38,954 bases of DNA from Nanobdellota archaeon (GTDB lineage: Archaea > Nanobdellota > Nanobdellia > Woesearchaeales > JAHJEM01), in assembly GCA_018825425.1 (NCBI GenBank), contig JAHJEM010000067.1, positions 1 through 38,954 on the forward strand. Direction: 5' to 3'. The notes beneath the pieces were generated by a model, which saw only the letters and a program-made list of their open reading frames with translations, made no database searches and was not told the origin of the DNA. Shown here in pieces: positions 18,193-26,583 of this stretch. The position numbers were made by a program, and so were the translations under genes. The first letter of the stretch is position 1; each line of letters starts with the position of its first letter.

Positions 18193-19881
18193 TTAGGGGG
18201 TTGGTGGACAGGTTGAAATCCTGTAATTGCCGAGGCCTAGCCTTCCACTATTCTGCCAATCAATTACCAATGCATTTTCTATTCCAACAAAAGGTCCGGC
18301 GGGGTCTGGATCACAGTCTCCTGGACCAGGGTCTGGAATTTGACAATATCCATGTTCATCAAGGAAGTCCATATCATCATCAGTTATCTGATTAGTACCT
18401 GCGAGGTCATCACGAATCTTGGAGTTGTTAATGTAATAGATATCGTGACAATTAGTTGTGGTACCATTAAAGTAGATCCAATCAATACTGGAATTGCTGT
18501 TGGAATCAACATCATCTAGCAATCTTTCAGATATTATGGTCTCAAAACCAAAAGCTGCTGGAACAGACACATTAGTCCAATTCATCAGTCTTTGCAAATA
18601 GTTTGGAGCATAGTCATCGTTTCTCCAATATTGCTTTTCCCTGGAAAGGTTTGCAATATTGCTTATATTATATTCATATTCTGGTATGTTAGAAAGATTG
18701 ATGATAAAATCAGCGTCATCATAACATGTAGGGCATGTAAAAGTTAGTCGACTCTGCCAAGCCAATGGCTCAGGAAGACCATTGATATTCACATAAGATA
18801 CTAGCGTTTGAAAATTATCGTATTGGCTGAACCCATCATCCATGAAAATAACAACATCACTCTCCAGTTTTACAACCCATGTAGAATCCATTTTAATTCG
18901 GATATCCAATACACTTACATTGGTTTCAACTTGCATTTCCTCATGTGTGACATTAAACATCTTGTCAAGGTAGTAATTCACACTATTTTTGTTGTAGAGA
19001 TCAGGATCCCGATATTTAATAGTTTGAGTCAAATTAATTAGATTGGGTAGTGTTGGACCGTAAATCGCGATTTTATCATCCTCATCTGTGACTTGAATTT
19101 CAATATCTGTACCTTCAACCCGCACATTCATAAAATAAATTGTATCTTGAAGTATTGTATTTTTATGCTGAAACTCCAAAACAACATCGCCAACGTATCC
19201 ATCATCAACAAGTGCATATGCTGTGTCAACAAGAAAAATGGTCCTATTACATTTACGATTGTAGATATCAACAAATAGGTGACCATCATCATGATCGGGT
19301 AGAAAATTATCTACATTTAATGTAACGCTATCTAGTGTGTAAGCCTTAACATCTGGTGTCTTGAACTCCTGAAGAGCACCCCAGATTACCTCATCACCTC
19401 CTGCGTCCACTGTTGTTGAATTCAGTCGAAACATGCGCGTTGAACCAGAATCAACCTTCAATATTTCCTCCGCTTCATCGCTAGTCAAAGTAAACATCAA
19501 ATCCACTTCATCCGCGACAGCAGGGTCCCCCCAAACAGTGGGTAAATTGTTGAATGCGCTAATTTCGCCGTCCAGAAGCAAATCAGCATATGTGCATTTC
19601 AAATCAACGAAGTCAATCATTGCATTATTAGGATTTTGTGCAAGAAATTCTGTTAATCCATAAAATGAGTGCCATCCCGCAATACTCATGGATTCCACAT
19701 AATACTCATCTATTATCTCTCCATAATTAAGCAGCCTATTAAGTTTCATATTTGTAAGCTTGAGTTTAGAATCATATGGTGTTCGTATCTCTGTTGTGTA
19801 CAAGAGGACAAACATACCTGCAAGAAGCAATGCAATCAGGGTAAAGAGTATTCCCTTCTTACCATTCAGTCCTACGACCAA
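18193..19881 (-). CDS. Large pilin-like or adhesin protein with class III signal peptide
   Basis: KKG|ILFTLIALLL followed by an acidic, Asn-rich extracellular region with many NxS/T sequons. Confidence 0.75.
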   Translation of the reverse strand: MVVGLNGKKGILFTLIALLLAGMFVLLYTTEIRTPYDSKLKLTNMKLNRLLNYGEIIDEYYVESMSIAGWHSFYGLTEFLAQNPNNAMIDFVDLKCTYADLLLDGEISAFNNLPTVWGDPAVADEVDLMFTLTSDEAEEILKVDSGSTRMFRLNSTTVDAGGDEVIWGALQEFKTPDVKAYTLDSVTLNVDNFLPDHDDGHLFVDIYNRKCNRTIFLVDTAYALVDDGYVGDVVLEFQHKNTILQDTIYFMNVRVEGTDIEIQVTDEDDKIAIYGPTLPNLINLTQTIKYRDPDLYNKNSVNYYLDKMFNVTHEEMQVETNVSVLDIRIKMDSTWVVKLESDVVIFMDDGFSQYDNFQTLVSYVNINGLPEPLAWQSRLTFTCPTCYDDADFIINLSNIPEYEYNISNIANLSREKQYWRNDDYAPNYLQRLMNWTNVSVPAAFGFETIISERLLDDVDSNSNSSIDWIYFNGTTTNCHDIYYINNSKIRDDLAGTNQITDDDMDFLDEHGYCQIPDPGPGDCDPDPAGPFVGIENALVIDWQNSGRLGLGNYRISTCPPTP

Positions 19882-20444
19882 ATTGTCACCTCTGTTACCA
19901 TAGGTCCGACTATGTCTCTACCATTTCGGTAGAATGTAATTCGTTTTGCTGAAAGAACCAGATGAGAACTCTCTTTTGAATTCCTTCTGTCCTCGTCATT
20001 TTCAGGACGCATATAGACTTTGTAATAAAAAAAGGCAGGATTAGTTGCAGAGTAGTCATAGATGGAATAATTTATACTATACTGATTTGGAATTAGACCT
20101 TTGGTCATGTTTTCTACATATTTTCTAGTAAAATATGGTTCAGCAGGAGCAGGTAAATCATCAGGATACTCTGTCTTCAAAAAGGCAATGACCTGAAGCA
20201 AGGTCATTGAACTGTCTGTAATGATTGGATTATTTCTATTAACAAGGTACTGTTTAGCACTTCCACTCGTATCTCTTAATTCTGTTGTGGCTAGAAAGTT
20301 CATGTACGATTCAGCCAAAAGAAAGGATGATTCAGGTGGAGGAGTATTTATTCTTGAGGAAAATATGATAACCAATGTCAAAACAAGTATTGCGCTTGCT
20401 ATGAATACATCCAGAACGAAAAAATAGCTGGCTCTCTTGCTCAT
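19872..20444 (-). CDS. Minor pilin-like protein with class III-type signal
   Basis: MSKRA|SYFFVLDVFIA plus a hydrophobic helix and a C-terminal beta strand ending in W(S). Confidence 0.75.
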   Translation of the reverse strand: MSKRASYFFVLDVFIASAILVLTLVIIFSSRINTPPPESSFLLAESYMNFLATTELRDTSGSAKQYLVNRNNPIITDSSMTLLQVIAFLKTEYPDDLPAPAEPYFTRKYVENMTKGLIPNQYSINYSIYDYSATNPAFFYYKVYMRPENDEDRRNSKESSHLVLSAKRITFYRNGRDIVGPMVTEVTIWS

Positions 20445-20454
20445 AATGAAGTAC

Positions 20455-21336
20455 CTACCAGACTGCTATAACTAATACTGCAGCACGCCCATTGTAGATG
20501 ACAGGAATTTCTGTCTGTAGAAGATTTGGCATCTCACCTCTAGGTTGTGCAGGAGGCCGAGATTCAACAGATGATCCATCTCCTCTACAGCATTCTACAA
20601 CTGTGGTGTCGGTATCTGTCTGCTCATAGATCACAGATTCTCCGAACCGTCGTTGATGACAAAGAATATCAATTCCGGGAAAACCTGTTGCTGGATCTGT
20701 ATTGAATTCACAACCATTTATTCCTTCACAATCCATATTGCATCTGCCAAAGTAGTCTGCGCAATTTTCATCACAGCTCGCATTTGGTAAATAGAAATCG
20801 AATTCTGTATTGTCTCCTGCAGTCAGGATTGTTTCGTTTATGTATGTATCATAACCAATCTTTGATGCGCTGATTGCTACCCAGCCTGTGGGCACACCTT
20901 CAAGTATGTAAGAACCATCTGGCTCAGTTATTGTTTCTGCAGATGGAACTGTTGGGTTTTGCGGTACTACAGTGACCTTTGCTCTGTCAATACCTCCACA
21001 AATTCCTGGAGGGCATATATCGCTGGCCTCATACACAAAGCCGTATATTGTTGCATTGCAGTCTGGATCATTACATCGTGAACAGTTTCCGATTTCAGGT
21101 TCTGTTCCATTCTTGAATAGTTCTGGACAGACTCCATCTGCTGCTCCGCATTTGTAGCATTCTCCACAAATCTCTGCAGCACCAAATCCTGCATCACTGC
21201 TTAAAAGGAATTGATTATAGCAAAGATCAAGATCATTTTCAGGATCGCATGGTGCACTGATTGCAAAATAAGACGTAATTCCAATTATTGCAATTACTAA
21301 GAATATGAACCCAATGACCTCACGCCCCTTTTTCAT
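20455..21336 (-). CDS. Cys-rich secreted or membrane-anchored protein with a carboxypeptidase-regulatory-like (Ig/prealbumin) domain
   Basis: Start moved to MKKG at 21336 because a TATA (AACTTTAAAT) lies ~25 nt upstream. Has an N-terminal TM helix, 'TEPDGSYILEGVPTG.VAISASKIGY' and many Cys. Confidence 0.75.
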   Translation of the reverse strand: MKKGREVIGFIFLVIAIIGITSYFAISAPCDPENDLDLCYNQFLLSSDAGFGAAEICGECYKCGAADGVCPELFKNGTEPEIGNCSRCNDPDCNATIYGFVYEASDICPPGICGGIDRAKVTVVPQNPTVPSAETITEPDGSYILEGVPTGWVAISASKIGYDTYINETILTAGDNTEFDFYLPNASCDENCADYFGRCNMDCEGINGCEFNTDPATGFPGIDILCHQRRFGESVIYEQTDTDTTVVECCRGDGSSVESRPPAQPRGEMPNLLQTEIPVIYNGRAAVLVIAVW

Positions 21337-21492
21337 ATAGCCTTTAAACATATTACTTATATTTAAAGTTTGTGGAAACCAAGGTGGTGGTTGGACCTCA
21401 GTATGACTAATAGCCTTGTTCCTTGCAATACCTATATGCAATAACCCAAACATTTTAATATACACCTAAAATAATCGGATTTGGTGATAATC

Positions 21493-22764
21493 ATGCCTAA
21501 ATTTTCATTTTATGAAAACAGTCAGAAGGTTCTTGACCAAGCTTTTAAGCAACTTAATATCAGCGAGGATGTCGTGAATGTTCTCACAGCCCCTGAAAGG
21601 GTTATTGAATTCAGTATCCCTGTGCGTATGGATAATGGAAAGATACAAGTATTTACTGCATATAGAAGTCAATATAATAGTGCAAGAGGCCCGACTAAAG
21701 GTGGTATTCGATACCATCCAAGTGTTACTTTGGATGAAGTCAAGGCATTGAGCTTTCTTATGACCTTTAAATGTGCTGTGGCAAACCTTCCGCTAGGAGG
21801 AGGTAAGGGTGGAGTTATTGTTGATTCTAAGAAACTGAGCAAAGGAGAAAAAGAGAGATTAAGTCGTGGATATGTCCGAGGTATTTTTGACTTTGTGGGC
21901 CCGACTAAAGATATTCCTGCTCCAGATATGTACACTGATTCACAGACCATGGCTTGGATGAGTGATGAGTATAATACCATAGCAAGAGGGCAACATCCTG
22001 GATTCATTACAGGAAAACCATTATCCATAGGTGGAAGCGAGGGCAGAGATGATAGCACTGCCAAAGGTGCATACTATATTATTATGGATATGTTAAGAGA
22101 ATTCAAACTTGATGCAACAAAACAAAAAGTTGCAATTCAGGGTTTTGGAAATGCGGGCATCAATCTTGCAAAGATGCTCATGAAAGAAGGCATGTTGATT
22201 GTGGCTCTGTCAGATTCTAAAGGTGGAGTGTGTGACATGAAAGGTATTGATGTTGAACATGCGATAAAGACCAAGCAAGAGAAAGGAAGGATTGCTGAAG
22301 TACATGTCGAACCTGATAAGAAGTATGGCAAAAGTTGTAAACATATTACAAATGAACAGCTTTTGGAACTTGAGGTTGATTTCCTAGTTCCTGCAGCGCT
22401 TGAAAATCAGATCAATGAATCCAATGCCAAAAAGATTAAAGCAAAATATATTGTGGAATTGGCTAATGGTCCTGTAACATATGATGCAGACCAGATTCTG
22501 GAGAAAAAAGGTATTCAATTGATACCTGATGTGCTTGCTAATGCTGGCGGTGTGACTGTGTCATATTTTGAATGGGTCCAGAATAGATATGGACAGTACT
22601 GGACACGTGAAGAGGTATATTCTAAGCTTAAGGAGATCATGAATAAAGAGTTCAAGAACCTGCTGAAGGTTGCTAAGAAACACAAGGTAAGTTTTAGAAC
22701 TGCAATATATATGATTGCCATTGAAAGAGTGGCTGAGGCTGTTCGAGCTAAGATAACTGGTTAA
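21493..22764 (+). CDS. gdhA: Glu/Leu/Phe/Val dehydrogenase (glutamate dehydrogenase)
   Basis: RGPTKGGIRYHP, GGGKGG, DIPAPD, QGFGNAG, ELANGP and ANAGGVTVSYFEW. ATG 21493 follows GGTGA. Confidence 0.94.
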   Translation: MPKFSFYENSQKVLDQAFKQLNISEDVVNVLTAPERVIEFSIPVRMDNGKIQVFTAYRSQYNSARGPTKGGIRYHPSVTLDEVKALSFLMTFKCAVANLPLGGGKGGVIVDSKKLSKGEKERLSRGYVRGIFDFVGPTKDIPAPDMYTDSQTMAWMSDEYNTIARGQHPGFITGKPLSIGGSEGRDDSTAKGAYYIIMDMLREFKLDATKQKVAIQGFGNAGINLAKMLMKEGMLIVALSDSKGGVCDMKGIDVEHAIKTKQEKGRIAEVHVEPDKKYGKSCKHITNEQLLELEVDFLVPAALENQINESNAKKIKAKYIVELANGPVTYDADQILEKKGIQLIPDVLANAGGVTVSYFEWVQNRYGQYWTREEVYSKLKEIMNKEFKNLLKVAKKHKVSFRTAIYMIAIERVAEAVRAKITG

Positions 22765-23147
22765 TGGTGATCATTTCTATGAAATATTCCATAGTAGAGT
22801 CCATTGACGAGCCAAGGCTTGCCTTCATTCTCTAGTGGAAGATTGCTGCAATAGATACCTGTGTAAGGATTTTTTCTCCCTGCTCGTCTGACTTTGGCAA
22901 CTTTTAGGTCAATGTATAGTGGTTGTCTGTTATCATCATTTAAAAAAGTAGACAATTCAATTCCAGTAGAGTTTTCCCAGACCTGATTCAAGATTCCTGC
23001 ACTGCGTATCATGGCCATGGTTTCGGGAGTCAGAGACTTTTCCAAAGGCAAGAATTTGCATCCTCTGGGAATGAGTAATTTTTTTGGCATGTATAGAACT
23101 GACTTACCGGGTCTTAAGCGCCATGCATCTTCCTCTGCCAACAACAT
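22761..23147 (-). CDS. Hypothetical protein
   Basis: The ORF fills the gap and converges on gdh. ATG 23147 was chosen because a minus-strand AAAGTTTATA lies upstream. No recognised motif. Confidence 0.5.
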   Translation of the reverse strand: MLLAEEDAWRLRPGKSVLYMPKKLLIPRGCKFLPLEKSLTPETMAMIRSAGILNQVWENSTGIELSTFLNDDNRQPLYIDLKVAKVRRAGRKNPYTGIYCSNLPLENEGKPWLVNGLYYGIFHRNDHH

Positions 23148-23266
23148 CTCTATTGAGCCCACGCTAAGATTATTTATTATTTTCCTAGCATATAAACTTT
23201 TGTTGTCCCCAATCCTGAGTTTTAATGGGCAAAAGTTTAAAAACAACGTATGATTCTATTGCAATT

Positions 23267-23419
23267 ATGAAATGTTCCGTCTGTGGTAAGAATGTGGATC
23301 AGACCTTCTTGAAGAAGCTTGTAGGTACTTATGTCAAGGACAAGAAATCCAAGAAGAAGCCAGTGTGTAAAGTCTGCCAGAAAACCATGACAATGGAGCA
23401 GATAAAGGAAAAGCTTTAA
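23267..23419 (+). CDS. Small basic Zn-finger protein (CxxC...CxxC, 50 aa)
   Basis: MKCSVCGK...TFLKKLVGTYVK...VCKVCQ. AAAAGTTTAAAA TATA ~25-30 nt before ATG 23267. Confidence 0.75.
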   Translation: MKCSVCGKNVDQTFLKKLVGTYVKDKKSKKKPVCKVCQKTMTMEQIKEKL

Positions 23420-23447
23420 GAAGCAATTATTTCTTCAATACAAGTAT

Positions 23448-23590
23448 GCCTCTGTAGCATACACGCCAAATCATTAAGATTTGTCGGTCGCTACATCGGC
23501 TCCTTTCAGTCGCCTCTGTAGCATACTCATCGAAACCTCCAGTTTCGCTGGTCGCTCCAGAGTCTCACTGACGTTCGCCTCTGTAGCATA
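23448..23590 (+). repeat. Three direct copies of the tRNA-Thr 5' end (GCCTCTGTAGCATA) separated by 50-51-nt hairpin spacers
   Basis: Exact 14-mer at 23448, 23512 and 23577 (periods 64 and 65 nt); the same 14-mer starts the tRNA at 23702. Confidence 0.92.
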
Positions 23591-23701
23591 GCGGTTATGC
23601 GAAGCTGACCTCAGCTTGTACGGAACCGGGTAGGGTATCCTCATTATGTTCGGAACCCTACGCACTATAGAAGTTTATCAAAAGAAAACAATTGGCAAAA
23701 T

Positions 23702-23820
23702 GCCTCTGTAGCATAGCGGCTAATGCGTCTGCCTCGTATTGGAAACAGGTTTCCAATCCTTTGGAAAACAAGTTTCCCAAAGTAAGCAGAAGATCGGGAG
23801 TTCAATTCTCCCCAGAGGCT
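23702..23820 (+). tRNA. tRNA-Thr(CGT) with a 46-nt intron at 37/38 (intron 23739-23784)
   Basis: Acceptor GCCTCTG/CAGAGGC with discriminator T, D stem GCAT/ATGC, anticodon stem TCTGC/GCAGA with loop CT-CGT-A^A, and T arm GGGAG-TTCAATT-CTCCC. CCA is not encoded. Confidence 0.92.
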
Positions 23821-23821
23821 T

Positions 23822-24193
23822 TTACAAGAAATCAACCTCATCACTTGTCACAGTGATTTCCTTCTTGGTCTCTTTTTCTGCTTTGTAATGTCTCTTCTTT
23901 GGCATACTGACTTGCTTTGGCTTTTCAGAAGACTCTCCTGGTTTAAATCCTGGATTCATTTCCCTTGCCTTTCGCATATTAACTATACCGCAGTTCTCGC
24001 AAACAAAGAATGGGCCGAATTTTCCATTTTTTAGGTCAAGCCAGCATCCACAGGCGCATTTCAATTCTGGAAATTGTTCTTTCTTATGATCGATGCACAC
24101 AGGTATTCCTTGAGAATTCTCAGTCAAAGCACGTTTTTCACAGAAAGGACATGTATCTGTCTTTGATTGTCCGTAAATCTTAGGAATCCTCAT
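23822..24193 (-). CDS. Zn-ribbon protein (topoisomerase C4-finger-like) with a charged tail
   Basis: CPFC...CIDH, and CACG..LDLKNGKFGPFFVCENC. Confidence 0.75.
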   Translation of the reverse strand: MRIPKIYGQSKTDTCPFCEKRALTENSQGIPVCIDHKKEQFPELKCACGCWLDLKNGKFGPFFVCENCGIVNMRKAREMNPGFKPGESSEKPKQVSMPKKRHYKAEKETKKEITVTSDEVDFL

Positions 24194-24252
24194 AGAACTA
24201 TTTGGTTTTGGACTTCTATTTAAGTTTTTTGTAAGAACTCAAATAAAACTTT

Positions 24253-24468
24253 CTACATTCCTAAAAACTTCATTACTTCAAATGCCATGAATGCTGGCCA
24301 CACGATTGCCTTTATAAATCCCCAAACACCATTCCAGAAACCTGTTGCTGTAGAGATGTAGTAGATAGCAGCACCTACAAATCCCAATCCGTAGATTGCA
24401 CTGGATGAACAGCATTGGCAACCTTTTGAGTTGCAACTCATGTCCTTTTTCTTGGTTTTTTTTGCCAT
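24253..24468 (-). CDS. Small membrane protein
   Basis: Basic, Cys-rich N-terminus followed by 'AIYGLGFVGAAIYYI...GFW.GVWGFIKAIVWPAF'. Confidence 0.75.
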   Translation of the reverse strand: MAKKTKKKDMSCNSKGCQCCSSSAIYGLGFVGAAIYYISTATGFWNGVWGFIKAIVWPAFMAFEVMKFLGM

Positions 24469-24510
24469 TTTGTTATGCTTGTTGATTTCCTTTAATTAAT
24501 TTATCGCTTT

Positions 24511-25452
24511 TTACTGATAAATCAGCCTTATTGCACTGTGAATTATCAAAAGAACATTCTTGAATCTGCCAAACGCTTCATGTACGTTTGCAGCGGTGTG
24601 TGATTCCTGATACTTATTGATCTTGTCCATGACTTGATTCTTTTCTGTTGCGACCTTATAAGCAGACTCAGTATCCTTGTTATAGTAGGTTTTCATGGCA
24701 TTCAAATAGATCTTTTCTACATCCATTGCGACTTCATATAATTCTGAAAGGTTTTTTGGACAATCTTGATAAAGCAGTCTTACTATTCGCTTGATTTCAT
24801 CTGCCATTCGCTCCATGTATTGCGCTAGTTCATAGAAGTTGAAATATTCGAGATCTGTCCCTTCTTTTTTCATGTGTGGATCTGTCATGGCATTTTTTAC
24901 AGCCCGCATAATGACAAAAGTCAATCTGTTAACATCTAGGTCTCTTGCTATTATGTTCTCGGATAATTCTTTGTCAAAATCATTTTTCTTAAGACAACTC
25001 AGTAAATCCTTGAACATTGATCTTATGATGTTGTCATTCTTTCTGATAAGACTAGCAATTGAGATATCATGCATGTTCAAGTAATCCATTGCAACAATCA
25101 TGTTAGCTGTCTGCTCAATAACTTCTAAGGCCATGAGATTCTGTATCATAGCACGAATTTCCTTTGCAATCTCGTTGGTATCATATAGAACCATGATTTT
25201 CTTGTAGTTATTGATGTAGCAAGAGATGATTTTTCTTTGGATGGTCTCAATTTTTTCATTTCTTGCATCCAAAGTTATGGATTTTTCTTCAGAATCTCCT
25301 GCTTGCTTCTGCGGAGAAAGAATGATTTGATTTGAAGTCTTTAACAAGTATATCAAGCTCCCTTTTTCTAGTCGGTTCTGGATTATCCAGTTTTTTGGCA
25401 GTGAAATTACAAAAGAATTGTTGCCAAATTTGATTAATTTGCGATATTCCAT
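24511..25452 (-). CDS. phoU: Archaeal phosphate-uptake regulator (N-terminal AbrB domain plus PhoU domains)
   Basis: EYRKLIKFGNNSFVISLPKNW (AbrB-like) plus PhoU-like RDLDVNR and MERMAD motifs. Confidence 0.85.
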   Translation of the reverse strand: MEYRKLIKFGNNSFVISLPKNWIIQNRLEKGSLIYLLKTSNQIILSPQKQAGDSEEKSITLDARNEKIETIQRKIISCYINNYKKIMVLYDTNEIAKEIRAMIQNLMALEVIEQTANMIVAMDYLNMHDISIASLIRKNDNIIRSMFKDLLSCLKKNDFDKELSENIIARDLDVNRLTFVIMRAVKNAMTDPHMKKEGTDLEYFNFYELAQYMERMADEIKRIVRLLYQDCPKNLSELYEVAMDVEKIYLNAMKTYYNKDTESAYKVATEKNQVMDKINKYQESHTAANVHEAFGRFKNVLLIIHSAIRLIYQ

Positions 25453-25600
25453 CAATATCCCTCGGAATTATTGCTCCTTTTTCCGGAACATTTACAAATA
25501 AGCATATACGTTATATATGCTATATATGGTATATGGATTAAGTATATATTAATAAAGGTATTCCTTTTTTTTAGTTTAGAGGTGAAATGGGGGTGTTCAA

Positions 25601-25750
25601 ATGGAAGAAGAATTTTTTTTTGAGGATGAGGAATTCATCGATGACACTGATATATATAACGGTGATGAAGTTGAGCGAGAACTTGAGGATAATATGATAT
25701 CTGCCTGGGAAGCCGCTTTTCAAAGAGGTTATAACGAAGCACTAGATTAA
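25601..25750 (+). CDS. Small highly acidic protein (49 aa), absent from the ORF track
   Basis: MEEEFFFEDEEFIDDTDIYNGDEVERELEDNMISAWEAAFQRGYNEALD*, with GGGGTG SD-like sequence upstream and a hairpin plus T-tract downstream. Confidence 0.75.
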   Translation: MEEEFFFEDEEFIDDTDIYNGDEVERELEDNMISAWEAAFQRGYNEALD

Positions 25751-25762
25751 TTTAATGCTCTT

Positions 25763-25812
25763 GAGCCGAAGGATGGGGAGGCCGCAATGGCGGTTTCCCT
25801 GCTCTTTCTTTT
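25763..25812 (+). terminator. GC-rich stem-loop followed by a T-rich tract
   Basis: GGGAGGCCGC-aatg-GCGGTTTCCC (two G:U pairs), outer GAGC/GCTC, then TTTCTTTT; lies between convergent genes. Confidence 0.6.
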
Positions 25813-25878
25813 GGATAAAAAGAATACTAATTACAAATATGTTATCAAATACTAATAAAAAGAAATACAAAAAAATAA

Positions 25879-26250
25879 TTATTCAACAGTCTCTTCTTCT
25901 GGAGTCTCGTCAGATGGCTTTTCCTTTGCTGGTTTGTCTTTGGCAGGTTTGGCTCCTGCAGCATCGCCACCAGAAATAACTTCGAGATTTCCTCTTTTAC
26001 CTGCAGACATCTGGATACTGCCTTGATATTCTGCAGCCCATCCGCCAGTAATCTTGATTGTATCTCCTTCTTTAACCTTGTCAATGTCTTGGTTCCATAG
26101 AGTTACTGTGACTGTTCCTGTTGCGTCTTCGCCAGTGCAATTGCATACTTTCAAGAATCCGCCTCTTACTTCTCTAGGCTCTTCTTTCTTAGTTATCTTT
26201 AGTGTTATCTCATCTACAGCAGTTTTGTCCTTCAAATCTGTTACATTCAT
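25879..26250 (-). CDS. Single OB-fold ssDNA-binding protein (SSB/RPA-like) with an acidic tail
   Basis: EPREV...V.....DATGTVTVTLWN...VKEGD.IKI.GG OB-fold signature and a flexible tail ending EEETVE. Confidence 0.85.
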   Translation of the reverse strand: MNVTDLKDKTAVDEITLKITKKEEPREVRGGFLKVCNCTGEDATGTVTVTLWNQDIDKVKEGDTIKITGGWAAEYQGSIQMSAGKRGNLEVISGGDAAGAKPAKDKPAKEKPSDETPEEETVE

Positions 26251-26583
26251 TTTTTCACCATATATTATTTATTAATCAAGTAGATTTTGAGGGGTTTTTA
26301 AAAAGGTTGCGGTTGAATCTGGCTCAATTGCATTGTTGCTTCAGGAAATATTTCGGGCAAATGCTGTTTATTCGGAATTAATCCTTAAAAAAATGTAATT
26401 ATGCCGGGAAAATTCACGGTAATATTATAGTATTCTCTGAATTATTTTCTGTGGTATTGGAGCATACAACATAGCTTTAAATAAAAAATTTCCATTATAA
26501 CCAATAGATTTCCGGTTTGGGAATCTGACAGTTAATTGGAATGTTAAGGACATAGCTTTAGCTATAAAATATGATTTAGGGGA

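Noticed and set aside
21337-21465. N-terminal extension of the 336-aa ORF
   Set aside because: It covers the divergent promoter region; the TATA position and signal-like MKKG favour a start at 21336.
23577-23665. Second complete tRNA gene
   Set aside because: It has the 5' acceptor strand and D-arm but no 7-nt anticodon loop, canonical T-arm or matching 3' acceptor strand.
23474-23665. 63-aa minus-strand ORF
   Set aside because: It is antisense to the structured repeat array and has no protein-like features.
23448-23715. CRISPR array
   Set aside because: The repeat is only 14 nt and equals the tRNA 5' end, the spacers share structure, and there are no cas genes in the window. Kept as a non-CRISPR finding.
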